Positions 55,917 through 64,000 of a DNA stretch of 64,000 nt are shown in pieces. The position numbers and the translations under genes are program-made. This DNA comes from an uncultured Myxococcales bacterium (GTDB lineage Bacteria; Myxococcota_A; UBA9042; CAIXZC01): positions 12,430 through 76,429 of the forward strand of contig CAZFVN010000004.1 in NCBI GenBank assembly GCA_964522395.1. Direction: 5' to 3'. Positions within the stretch are counted from its first letter, which is position 1. Every line of letters begins with the position of its first letter. The notes beneath the pieces are model-generated. The model worked only from the letters and a program-made list of their open reading frames with translations, did no database searches and had not been told where the DNA came from.

Positions 55917-56927
55917 CTATTCCTTTCCCGCGCTGGGAGCCCGGTCAGGATCGAACCCTTCCAGTTTCATCCCGAGGGAGAGTCCCATGCTAGCCAGGAC
56001 TTCCTTGATCTCCTTCAGGCTCTTGCGGCCGAAGTTCTTGGTCTTCAGCATCTCTTGTTCGGTGCGCTGAACCAACTCACCAATGAAGCGAATGCTGGCG
56101 TTCTTGAGACAGTTGGCACTCCGCACTGACAACTCCAACTCTTCCACCGGACGGTAGAGATTGGGGCTGAGAGTCTCAGATGCGTCCCGCTCTTCTTCGA
56201 AGTCTGCAGGAACGTTTTCATCTATGCCAATGAAGATCTGCAACTGCTCTTTGAGGATCTTCGCCGCCAACCCCAGGGAGTCCCGAGGAGAGATGGAACC
56301 GTCAGTCTCAATGTCCATCACCAACTTGTCGAGGTCAATGTCTTCACCCATACGGGCGTTGTTGACCTTGAAGTTGGCCCGAGTTACCGGGGAGAAGAGG
56401 GAATCCAGGACGATAGTGCCGATGGGGAGTTCTTCCTCGTCGCGGGCCTTGAGCTTCTCGGCCGTAACGTACCCCTTGCCCATCTCCACCTGCATCTCAA
56501 GCTTGAGATGGCCGAGATCACTCAGGTGAGCAATGTGATGCTCGGGGTTGAAGATCTCCACGGCATGGTCCGAATCGATATCTGCGGCAGTAACAACGCC
56601 AGCACCCTTCTTATCGATACGCAAGGTCCGTGCTTCGCCCTCGGGGACGGTCAAACGCAGCCCCTTAAGATTCAAGATGATGTCAGCCACATCCTCGGTG
56701 GTTCCTTCCAACGCCGAGAATTCGTGGAGTGCACCGTCTATCTTCACCGAAGTAACCGCAGCACCGCGAACCGACGAAATGAGAATTCGCCGCAACGCGT
56801 TGCCGATGGTCACTCCAAAGCCTCTCTCCAATGGGGAGCAAGCGAAAGAACCATGGCGTCCGTCTTTGGACAGTTTCTCAGTCTCGACTTCCTTGGGGCG
56901 ACATAATTTCACCCAGTGTCTATACAT
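55917..56927 (-). CDS. rpoA: RNA polymerase subunit alpha
   Basis: [38 protein letters not shown] and NFGRKSL. Confidence 0.98.
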   Translation of the reverse strand: MYRHWVKLCRPKEVETEKLSKDGRHGSFACSPLERGFGVTIGNALRRILISSVRGAAVTSVKIDGALHEFSALEGTTEDVADIILNLKGLRLTVPEGEARTLRIDKKGAGVVTAADIDSDHAVEIFNPEHHIAHLSDLGHLKLEMQVEMGKGYVTAEKLKARDEEELPIGTIVLDSLFSPVTRANFKVNNARMGEDIDLDKLVMDIETDGSISPRDSLGLAAKILKEQLQIFIGIDENVPADFEEERDASETLSPNLYRPVEELELSVRSANCLKNASIRFIGELVQRTEQEMLKTKNFGRKSLKEIKEVLASMGLSLGMKLEGFDPDRAPSAGKE

Positions 56928-56962
56928 GATTCCTCACCTCTTTGCAGAGTGGATAGCGATCC

Positions 56963-57586
56963 TTACTTGGAGTAAAGTTCGACGATCAGTGATTCCTGCA
57001 CCTGGAGATCGATGTCCTCTCGAGCGGGACCCGACACCATGGTAGCTTTGAACTCTTTGCGATCTACTTCGAGCCACTGCGGCGGTTCCCGCAGAGGTGC
57101 TTCAGCGCAAACCGCTACGCGGCCGTGGGTCTTGCTCTTCTCCTTGAAGGAGATCTCTGCCCCGGGCTTGACCTGGAATGACGGAATATTGACGGTCCGT
57201 CCGTTCACCAGGACGTGGCGGTGACGTACCACCTGACGGGCTTCAGAGCGGCTAGCCGCAAACCCAGTCCGGTAGATGACGTTGTCCAGTCGGCTCTCAA
57301 GCAGCGCGAGAAGGTTTTCGCCGGTTACGCCTTTCATGCGCTCTGCCTTCTTGAAGTAAAGGCGGAACTGCTTTTCAAGCAAGCCGTAGGCTCGTCGAAC
57401 CTTCTGTTTCTCGCGCAACTGAACGCCGTAATCTGAGCGCTTGAAACGTCCCTGCCCATGCTGCCCCGGGGGGTATGCACGACGCTCGAGGGCGCATTTT
57501 TCGGTGTTGCAACGCTCACCTTTGAGAAAGAGCTTCAGCCCTTCCCGCCGGCATAATCTGCACTTTGCATCGGTGTATCTGGCCAC
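56963..57586 (-). CDS. rpsD: 30S ribosomal protein S4 (Zn-binding type)
   Basis: [32 protein letters not shown] and IVELYSK. Confidence 0.98.
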   Translation of the reverse strand: MARYTDAKCRLCRREGLKLFLKGERCNTEKCALERRAYPPGQHGQGRFKRSDYGVQLREKQKVRRAYGLLEKQFRLYFKKAERMKGVTGENLLALLESRLDNVIYRTGFAASRSEARQVVRHRHVLVNGRTVNIPSFQVKPGAEISFKEKSKTHGRVAVCAEAPLREPPQWLEVDRKEFKATMVSGPAREDIDLQVQESLIVELYSK

Positions 57587-57656
57587 TGCAATCCTCCATT
57601 ACGGGCAGTTGCTCTTCGCCCGGCGTAGCGTCAACGCATATGACGCCACTACTTCG

Positions 57657-58043
57657 TTACACTCTTCTTCTCTTTTTGGGTCGACAGCCATTATGCGGAA
57701 TCGCGGTAACATCCCGAATGAGTGTGACCTTCAAACCGGTAGCGGACAAAGCCCGCACTGCTGCTTCACGGCCACCGCCGGGTCCTTTGACCAGTACGGT
57801 AACACTCTGGAGACCATGTTCCATGGCCTTGCGAGCCGCGTCTTCTGCTGCCAGGGTAGCCGCAAACGGCGTGGACTTTTTCGAGCCCTTAAATCCCTTG
57901 CAGCCAGCGCTGGCCCAACTGATCGTGTTGCCGCGCAAATCGGTCAGGGTGATCACCGTGTTGTTGAAGGTCGACTGGATGTGTGCCACTCCAACCGGAA
58001 TGTTCTTCTTGATCTTCTTTCTACCGCTACGTGGTTTAGCCAT
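57657..58043 (-). CDS. rpsK: 30S ribosomal protein S11
   Basis: [17 protein letters not shown] and IPHNGCRP. Confidence 0.98.
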   Translation of the reverse strand: MAKPRSGRKKIKKNIPVGVAHIQSTFNNTVITLTDLRGNTISWASAGCKGFKGSKKSTPFAATLAAEDAARKAMEHGLQSVTVLVKGPGGGREAAVRALSATGLKVTLIRDVTAIPHNGCRPKKRRRV

Positions 58044-58052
58044 TGTCTTCTC

Positions 58053-58436
58053 CTACTTCTTGCCAGCGATCTTCTTCTTCTTCACTGCCGTCCGACGCGG
58101 GCCCTTCCGAGTACGCGCGTTGGTATGGGTCCGCTGTCCACGCACCGGCAAGCCACGTCGGTGACGCAAGCCACGATAGCAGCCCAGGTCCATGAGCCGC
58201 TTGATGTTAGCGGTCACTTCGCGGCGGAGATCACCCTCCACCTTGTACTCGTTGTCAATCACTTCACGCAGCGCGGCCACTTCGCCGTCAGTGAGGATGT
58301 CAGTCCGCACCGAACCGTCGATTTTGGCCTTCTTGCAGATTTCCTGCGCGTTGAAGCGTCCGATTCCATAAATCGCGGTCAACGCGATGTCGGTCCGCTT
58401 GTTCCTGGGTAAGTCGACTCCACCAATACGTGCCAT
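58053..58436 (-). CDS. rpsM: 30S ribosomal protein S13
   Basis: [15 protein letters not shown] and [17 protein letters not shown]. Confidence 0.98.
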   Translation of the reverse strand: MARIGGVDLPRNKRTDIALTAIYGIGRFNAQEICKKAKIDGSVRTDILTDGEVAALREVIDNEYKVEGDLRREVTANIKRLMDLGCYRGLRHRRGLPVRGQRTHTNARTRKGPRRTAVKKKKIAGKK

Positions 58437-58445
58437 GATACCACC

Positions 58446-58559
58446 TTATCCTTGGCGCTGTTTGTGCCGGGGGTTGTCACAGATCACTCGGACGATTCCT
58501 TTCCGCTTGATGACCCGGCACTTCTCGCACATCTTTTTAACTGAAGAGCGTACTTTCAT
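58446..58559 (-). CDS. rpmJ: 50S ribosomal protein L36 (below the ORF-track length cutoff)
   Basis: Manual translation: [37 protein letters not shown]. Confidence 0.97.
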   Translation of the reverse strand: MKVRSSVKKMCEKCRVIKRKGIVRVICDNPRHKQRQG

Positions 58560-58568
58560 AGCTGCACC

Positions 58569-58799
58569 TTACCTCTTGTTTCCCGGGGAACGATAAACAA
58601 TGCGACCCCGGGTCAGGTCATAGGGAGAGAGCTCCAGCTTCACCCGGTCACCCGGGAGAATCCTGACGAAGTGCATCCGCATCTTGCCGGCAACATGGGC
58701 CAACACCCGATGTCCATTGTCCAGCTCGACTCGAAACATTGCGTTGGGTAGGGGCTCAACAACCGAGCCTTCAACCTCAATGCCTTCTTCTTTCGCCAT
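58569..58799 (-). CDS. infA: Translation initiation factor IF-1
   Basis: [14 protein letters not shown] and [11 protein letters not shown]. Confidence 0.98.
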   Translation of the reverse strand: MAKEEGIEVEGSVVEPLPNAMFRVELDNGHRVLAHVAGKMRMHFVRILPGDRVKLELSPYDLTRGRIVYRSPGNKR

Positions 58800-58818
58800 T
58801 ACTCCTCCGAGACCCCGT

Positions 58819-59448
58819 TCAAAGGATCGCTTTTATCTTCTCGAACACCGACGAGGGCGTTTCGCCGGTGCCGTCAACATCTCTAACTAGTGCCTTTTCG
58901 CCATAATAATCCACCAACGGGGCAGTCTGCTTCTCGTACACCGTCAGGCGATTGCGGACTGTCTCTTCGTTGTCGTCCGCACGTTGCGTCAAGGCGCTGC
59001 CGCACTTGTCGCAAATACCCGCTTGCTTCGGCGGCAGGAAATCCCGGTGGTGCATAAATCCGCAACCGGTGCAAGTGAGTCGGCCGGTGAGACGGGCAAC
59101 AAGCTCATCTTCATCGACCAGGATATTCATGACGTGGTCGATGGTTACACCCATTTCATCAAGGGCGCGTGCCTGGGGCAGAGTACGGGGAAATCCATCA
59201 AGAATAAACCCTTCCGCCAAATCCTCGGACTTGAGACGGTTAGCGACAATACCCACGACAACTTCGTCGGGTACCAGATTGCCGGCTTCCATGTAACGAG
59301 CTGCTTCGATTCCCAGAGCAGTTTCCTCGGTGCGCGCACCACGCAGCATGTCCCCGGTGGAGACCTGCGGGAGGTTGTATAGCGCCTCCATTTTCTTGGC
59401 CTGGGTCCCTTTTCCGGCCCCGGGCGCGCCGAGCATGATGATCCTCAT
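58819..59448 (-). CDS. adk: Adenylate kinase (Zn-LID type)
   Basis: [31 protein letters not shown]...CDKC and QRADD. Confidence 0.97.
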   Translation of the reverse strand: MRIIMLGAPGAGKGTQAKKMEALYNLPQVSTGDMLRGARTEETALGIEAARYMEAGNLVPDEVVVGIVANRLKSEDLAEGFILDGFPRTLPQARALDEMGVTIDHVMNILVDEDELVARLTGRLTCTGCGFMHHRDFLPPKQAGICDKCGSALTQRADDNEETVRNRLTVYEKQTAPLVDYYGEKALVRDVDGTGETPSSVFEKIKAIL

Positions 59449-59452
59449 CTAA

Positions 59453-60778
59453 CTAGCCCCTTCTGCCACGCAAACGAGGTCCGCGGCCGCCCGCAAAGCC
59501 CTCGTAATTTCGGGAAATCAGGTGATACTCGATCTGCTGAGCAGTGTCAAGGGCGACACCCACCACGATGAGCAGCGAAGTGCCGCCAAAGTAGAAGGGT
59601 ACGCCGAAGCCTGCCTGCAGGTACGTCGGCAACACACAAACTGCTGCCATGTAGACTGCGCCACCAAAGGTGATGCGCGAAAGCACTCGTTCAATATAGT
59701 CAGCGGTACGCTTGCCCGGTCTAATACCAGGAATGAAGCCACCCTGCTTCTTAAGGTTATCCGCCACATCAACCGGGTTGAAAGTCACGGCCGTGTAGAA
59801 GTAGCAGAAGAAGATGATCAGGGCAACATAGATCACATTGTAAGTGAGCTGCCCTGGGACCAGATTGCTGTTCATGACCGCGACCCAGTTGGCACCAGGA
59901 AAGAGATTGCCGAGAGTCGACGGGAACATCAGAACGGAGGAGGCGAAGATGGGCGGAATCACGCCTGCCGTGTTGACTTTCAAGGGAAGGGTTGTCGACT
60001 GTCCGCCATAAACTTTACGGCCGACGACCCGCTTCGCATATTGTACAGGAATACGACGCTGACCACGCTCGAAGAAGACGATAACGCCAATCACGAGCAT
60101 GATAACTACGCCGATGATAACCAGAGTGATGGGCTCAAGCTTGCCACCCTCGAAGGTGGAGAGCTTGAAGGTCTGCACCAGGGCATCGGGCAGACTGGCA
60201 ACAATACCGGCGAAGATGATCAGCGAAATACCATTGCCAATTCCCCTTTCAGTAATCTGTTCCCCCAGCCACATCAAGAACGATGTACCGGTGGTCAGCG
60301 CCAGGACGGCCAGAAGCTTGAAGCCAATGCCGCCTTCCAGCACCATTCCCTTAGCCACGGAACCGGAGAGGCTCTCGAGCCAGGAGGCAATGGCAAAGCC
60401 CTGGAACAGCGATAGCATCACCGTGCCGTAGCGCGTGTACTGATTGATCTTCCGCCGACCCTGCTCACCTTCCTTCTGGAGACGCTCAAGGGAGGGAATC
60501 ACTACCGCCATCAGCTGCAAGATAATGGATGCAGAGATGTAGGGCATAATCCCAAGGGCGAAGATCGAGAGCTGGCTCATGGCGCCGCCGGAGAAGAGAT
60601 CGAAGAGACCGGCAAAACCAGTCCTGGCGGAGCGCATGTACTGCTCCATGACAGAACGATCAACTCCCGGCACACTGACGAAAATGCCCAGGCGGTAAAC
60701 TGCCAGCATCGCCAGCGTGAAGAGGAGCCGCTTGGACAGCTCAGGCACACTGCTGATGTTCTTGAGGCTGCTAGCCAC
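59453..60778 (-). CDS. secY: Preprotein translocase subunit SecY
   Basis: [43 protein letters not shown] and [15 protein letters not shown] start overlaps rplO. Confidence 0.97.
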   Translation of the reverse strand: MASSLKNISSVPELSKRLLFTLAMLAVYRLGIFVSVPGVDRSVMEQYMRSARTGFAGLFDLFSGGAMSQLSIFALGIMPYISASIILQLMAVVIPSLERLQKEGEQGRRKINQYTRYGTVMLSLFQGFAIASWLESLSGSVAKGMVLEGGIGFKLLAVLALTTGTSFLMWLGEQITERGIGNGISLIIFAGIVASLPDALVQTFKLSTFEGGKLEPITLVIIGVVIMLVIGVIVFFERGQRRIPVQYAKRVVGRKVYGGQSTTLPLKVNTAGVIPPIFASSVLMFPSTLGNLFPGANWVAVMNSNLVPGQLTYNVIYVALIIFFCYFYTAVTFNPVDVADNLKKQGGFIPGIRPGKRTADYIERVLSRITFGGAVYMAAVCVLPTYLQAGFGVPFYFGGTSLLIVVGVALDTAQQIEYHLISRNYEGFAGGRGPRLRGRRG

Positions 60779-61220
60779 TGGTAACCTCCGCCTTGCCGCC
60801 CTTGCCTTCGATCTTCTCAATGGCACTCTTGGAGAAAGCGTCAAGCTTCACGGTAAGTTGCTTCTCGAGCTCGCCGTTGCCCAGGCACTTGACGGTATCG
60901 AAACGACCCTTCACCAGGCCCGAGGCCTTGAGCAATTCGGTATCGACGATGGTGCCTTCTTCAAAACGGTTAAGCTGGTGGACATTGACCCACACCACGG
61001 TCTTCGCAAAAACGTTATTAAAACCACGCTTCGGCAATCGGCGATAGAGGGGCATCTGCCCGCCTTCGAAGTAGGGCGGAATATTGCCACCGCTTCGCTT
61101 GCCCTGGCCGTTCATGCCGCGACCGGATGTCTTGCCTGTGCCACTTCCGGGTCCGCGACCGACACGCTTCCGCTTCTTCGTGGCGCCCTCTGGGGGAGTC
61201 AGGTTGCTAAGCTCTTTCAT
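60771..61220 (-). CDS. rplO: 50S ribosomal protein L15
   Basis: [18 protein letters not shown] and [17 protein letters not shown]. Confidence 0.98.
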   Translation of the reverse strand: MKELSNLTPPEGATKKRKRVGRGPGSGTGKTSGRGMNGQGKRSGGNIPPYFEGGQMPLYRRLPKRGFNNVFAKTVVWVNVHQLNRFEEGTIVDTELLKASGLVKGRFDTVKCLGNGELEKQLTVKLDAFSKSAIEKIEGKGGKAEVTSG

Positions 61221-61222
61221 GA

Positions 61223-61405
61223 CTAAACCTCTTCCACCTTGACCAGGTGATTGACGATCGTAATCATGCCACGGAACATGGCATTGTCTTCCACCACTCT
61301 GGACTGGTGCAGCTTTCTGAAGCCGAAGGAACGGATGGTATCCCGCTGTCGTCGGGTACCCCCGATAGTACTCTTCGTAAACGTAACTTTTAGTTTCTTC
61401 GCCAT
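61223..61405 (-). CDS. rpmD: 50S ribosomal protein L30
   Basis: LKVTFTKSTIG...RGMI..VNHLVKVEE, located between rpsE and rplO. Confidence 0.93.
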   Translation of the reverse strand: MAKKLKVTFTKSTIGGTRRQRDTIRSFGFRKLHQSRVVEDNAMFRGMITIVNHLVKVEEV

Positions 61406-61409
61406 TGTA

Positions 61410-61946
61410 TTACCTCGACGTGATCTCATCTACCGTCTTCCCACGCTTGCGCGCCATGGATTCGGCAGAGATCATGGTGGTAAGTGCCTTCATGGTGGCT
61501 CGGACCACATTGTGCGGATTAGTGGTCCCGATGATCTTGGTCAGTATGTTCTCGACGCCGGCCGCTTCGAGGACCGCACGCACAGGCCCACCAGCAATAA
61601 CGCCGGTACCAGGTCCAGCCGGCCGAAAGACGATGCGAGCCGCACCGTACTTGACGGTCATGGGATGGGGAATCGTGCCCTTCACGAGAGGCACTTTGAC
61701 CATCGCGCGCTCAGCCTTCTCGGAGGCTTTGCGGATCGCTTCGGGGACTTCGTTGGCCTTGCCGACGCCAGTGCCAACCATGCCTTCGCCATCGCCCTTG
61801 ACAACGATCGCGGAGAAGGAGAATCGTCGACCGCCCTTGACCACTTTCGCCACGCGGTTGATATGGATAACCTTCTCGACGAACCGCTCTTCTTCCCGCG
61901 GGCCACGGCTTGGGTCAAATGATGCCTGATAGGTCTTTTGAGCCAT
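61410..61946 (-). CDS. rpsE: 30S ribosomal protein S5
   Basis: [29 protein letters not shown] and GTGVIAGG. Confidence 0.98.
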   Translation of the reverse strand: MAQKTYQASFDPSRGPREEERFVEKVIHINRVAKVVKGGRRFSFSAIVVKGDGEGMVGTGVGKANEVPEAIRKASEKAERAMVKVPLVKGTIPHPMTVKYGAARIVFRPAGPGTGVIAGGPVRAVLEAAGVENILTKIIGTTNPHNVVRATMKALTTMISAESMARKRGKTVDEITSR

Positions 61947-61958
61947 TACCTTCTCCTC

Positions 61959-62336
61959 TTAGAACTTAAGTCCGCCCTTCCTGGCGCCTTCGGCCAGCTT
62001 GGCGATGATTCCATTTTTCAGGTAGATGAATCCGTTGCGGTCGAAGACCACGTTGGAGACTCCCCCATCGATGGCTTTCTTGGCCACAAGTTCGCCCACG
62101 AAGAAGGCCGCATCCTTGCCGGACTTGCCCTCTTCTAATGCGGAAAACTCGGCAGACAAGGTGCTGGCTGCAGCCAGGGTCTTGCCAACCCGATCATTAA
62201 TTACCTGTGCGTAGAGGTGCTTGTTGGAGCGAAACACGCTCAGCCGCGGACGTTCATCCGTGCCGGTAACGTGAGCCCGGACTCGAGCCCGTCGCTTCAA
62301 CCTGGCAACCGTCTTCTTCAATGTCTTCTTACCCAC
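61959..62336 (-). CDS. rplR: 50S ribosomal protein L18
   Basis: RPRLSVFRSNKHLYAQ, VVFDRNG and ARKGGLKF. Confidence 0.97.
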   Translation of the reverse strand: MGKKTLKKTVARLKRRARVRAHVTGTDERPRLSVFRSNKHLYAQVINDRVGKTLAAASTLSAEFSALEEGKSGKDAAFFVGELVAKKAIDGGVSNVVFDRNGFIYLKNGIIAKLAEGARKGGLKF

Positions 62337-62348
62337 GATGATCTCCTA

Positions 62349-62885
62349 CTACTTGCCCTTGGCGGTCTTGCGCACGGCATGTTCGCCGGTATAACGGATA
62401 CCCTTTCCCCGGTAGGGGTCAGGCGGCCGAACATTGCGCAGGCTGGCGGCAGTCTGGCCCACCAACGCTTTGTCAATACCCCGCAACACGATGGTCGTGG
62501 GGTTGGTCAGTTCAATATCGATCCCCTGGGGAAGGTTGAACTCACGCGGGAAGGTATAGCCTACCGTGAGCATCAACTTCGGACCCTTCATCTCAGCCTT
62601 GTAGCCTGCGCCGTGGATCTCGAGGCGCTTCTCCCAACCCTTGGTGACGCCAGCAATCATGTTGGCAATCAGGGTACGGTATAGACCGTGACGAGCGCGA
62701 GCATCGCGGCTCTCATCTTCGGCCTCAACGACGACTCGGTTGTCAGCGACCTTGACGCTTACCAACGACACCGCCTGGCTGAGCTTCTTTTTGCCATCGG
62801 CAGTCGCTACGGAGACGAGATCGCCCTTGACCTCGACCTTGACTTTGTCGGGGATGGGGATGGGTTCTTTGCCAATCCTGGACAT
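62349..62885 (-). CDS. rplF: 50S ribosomal protein L6
   Basis: MSRIGKEPI and RPPDPYRGKGIRY. Confidence 0.97.
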   Translation of the reverse strand: MSRIGKEPIPIPDKVKVEVKGDLVSVATADGKKKLSQAVSLVSVKVADNRVVVEAEDESRDARARHGLYRTLIANMIAGVTKGWEKRLEIHGAGYKAEMKGPKLMLTVGYTFPREFNLPQGIDIELTNPTTIVLRGIDKALVGQTAASLRNVRPPDPYRGKGIRYTGEHAVRKTAKGK

Positions 62886-62897
62886 GGCGCTACCTCC

Positions 62898-63296
62898 CTA
62901 GTAGACGGTGCAGAGGACTTCACCACCGACGCGCTCCTGGCGAGCGACCTTGTCTGTGACGATTCCTTTGGAGGTGGACACGATAGCCACTCCCAGGCCA
63001 CCAAGGACCTGTGGGAGTTCATCCGCACCAGCGTATACACGCCGACCCGGTCGTGAGTAGCGTTCAAGCTTCTCAATAACGGGGATGCGGTTGTCATCGT
63101 ATTTCAAATCGACGCGGATAATTCCCTGCTTACGGTCATCAAGCAGCATGTAGTCCTCCACGAAGCCCTCTTCTTTAAGGATCTTCGTGATGGCGACCTT
63201 GCTCTTGGACGCGGGAATCTCTACTGCATTGTGCCCTGCCTGGAGCGCGTTGCGAATACGCGTCAGGAAGTCAGCAATTGGGTCAGTCATACTCAT
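62898..63296 (-). CDS. rpsH: 30S ribosomal protein S8
   Basis: [21 protein letters not shown] and [12 protein letters not shown]. Confidence 0.98.
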   Translation of the reverse strand: MSMTDPIADFLTRIRNALQAGHNAVEIPASKSKVAITKILKEEGFVEDYMLLDDRKQGIIRVDLKYDDNRIPVIEKLERYSRPGRRVYAGADELPQVLGGLGVAIVSTSKGIVTDKVARQERVGGEVLCTVY

Positions 63297-63311
63297 ATCA
63301 GTACCTCTTTC

Positions 63312-63497
63312 CTACCAGCTCGCCTTACGGACGCCGGGAAGTTCGCCTTGCAATGCCAGCCCTCGAAAGCAGATGCGACACATGTCGAATTTCCGCATGT
63401 AGGCCCGGGGCCGACCGCAGATACGACAGCGATTACGCTTGCGCACCTTGAACTTTGGCATTTTATCAATGTTGACCAGAAAACACGTCTTCGCCAC
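63312..63497 (-). CDS. rpsN: 30S ribosomal protein S14, type Z (Zn-binding)
   Basis: 61 aa, RCRICGRP...MCRICFR...LPGVRKASW. Confidence 0.97.
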   Translation of the reverse strand: MAKTCFLVNIDKMPKFKVRKRNRCRICGRPRAYMRKFDMCRICFRGLALQGELPGVRKASW

Positions 63498-63508
63498 GGT
63501 AATCCCCC

Positions 63509-64000
63509 TTACTTGCGGAATGGCATTCCCAGGAGAGCGAGGAAGCTGCGCGCTTCGTCATCCGACCTGGCAGTGGTTACGATGCTGATATTGATTCCCT
63601 TGATCTTCTCGACCTTGTCATAGTCGATCTCGGGAAAAACGATCTGTTCCTTAAGGCCCAGGGTGTAGTTTCCCGCACCGTCGAAACCACCGGGCTTCAC
63701 ACCGCGGAAGTCACGTACTCGGGGAAGGGCCAGGTTCAACAGTCGGTCCAAGAACTCCCACATGTGCGCCCGGCGCAAGGTCACGCTGACGCCAATAGGC
63801 ATGCCCTGGCGCAGCTTGAACGTCGAGATGGACTTCTTCGCCCGATTGACCACGGGGCGTTGGCCAGTAATCTGGGCCAGCTCCTTGGCGCACGTCTCGA
63901 TGAGTTTGGGATTCTGGATTGCTTCACCCAGTCCCATGTTGACCGTCACCTTGGTGAGGCGCGGTACTTCCATGGGATTCGTGTACCCGAACTCCTTTTT
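63509..64000 (-). CDS. rplE: 50S ribosomal protein L5 (5'-partial at window edge)
   Basis: [29 protein letters not shown] and EQIVFPEI. Confidence 0.97.
   Translation of the reverse strand, partial: KKEFGYTNPMEVPRLTKVTVNMGLGEAIQNPKLIETCAKELAQITGQRPVVNRAKKSISTFKLRQGMPIGVSVTLRRAHMWEFLDRLLNLALPRVRDFRGVKPGGFDGAGNYTLGLKEQIVFPEIDYDKVEKIKGINISIVTTARSDDEARSFLALLGMPFRK

Overview
Chromosomal window from a GC-rich, Gram-negative bacterium, most plausibly Myxococcota or a related deltaproteobacterial lineage. Supporting signs are a MYXO-CTERM-type sorting signal, myxobacterial Cys-rich repeats, choice-of-anchor D lipoproteins and an FHA-sigma54 activator next to a Hanks kinase. 1-21 kb is a cell-surface block: three Cys-rich modular proteins built from shared repeat modules, a glycosyltransferase-glycosyltransferase-FadL operon, and a three-gene operon of Ig-like (ASH/choice-of-anchor D) lipoproteins with VWA and PKD-like domains. 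21-55 kb holds tRNA(CAT), lepB, NUDIX, AmmeMemoRadiSam A, GH113-like, flippase, kinase/FHA-EBP, HEAT lipoprotein, GT-C, MBL hydrolase, divergent twin PilZ genes, several outer-membrane barrels, two large lipoprotein alpha/beta hydrolases, metK, an FAD oxidase and ubiB. 55.5-64 kb is the spc/alpha ribosomal protein cluster (rplE to rplQ). The most striking element is a lipid-anchored nonaheme cytochrome c with a collagen-like Gly-X-Y stalk encoded partly by a 9-bp tandem repeat, preceded by a Rex/CRP-like palindrome. No CRISPR array, rRNA, integrase or transposase was seen. All product calls come from motif recognition by eye; no database search was run.
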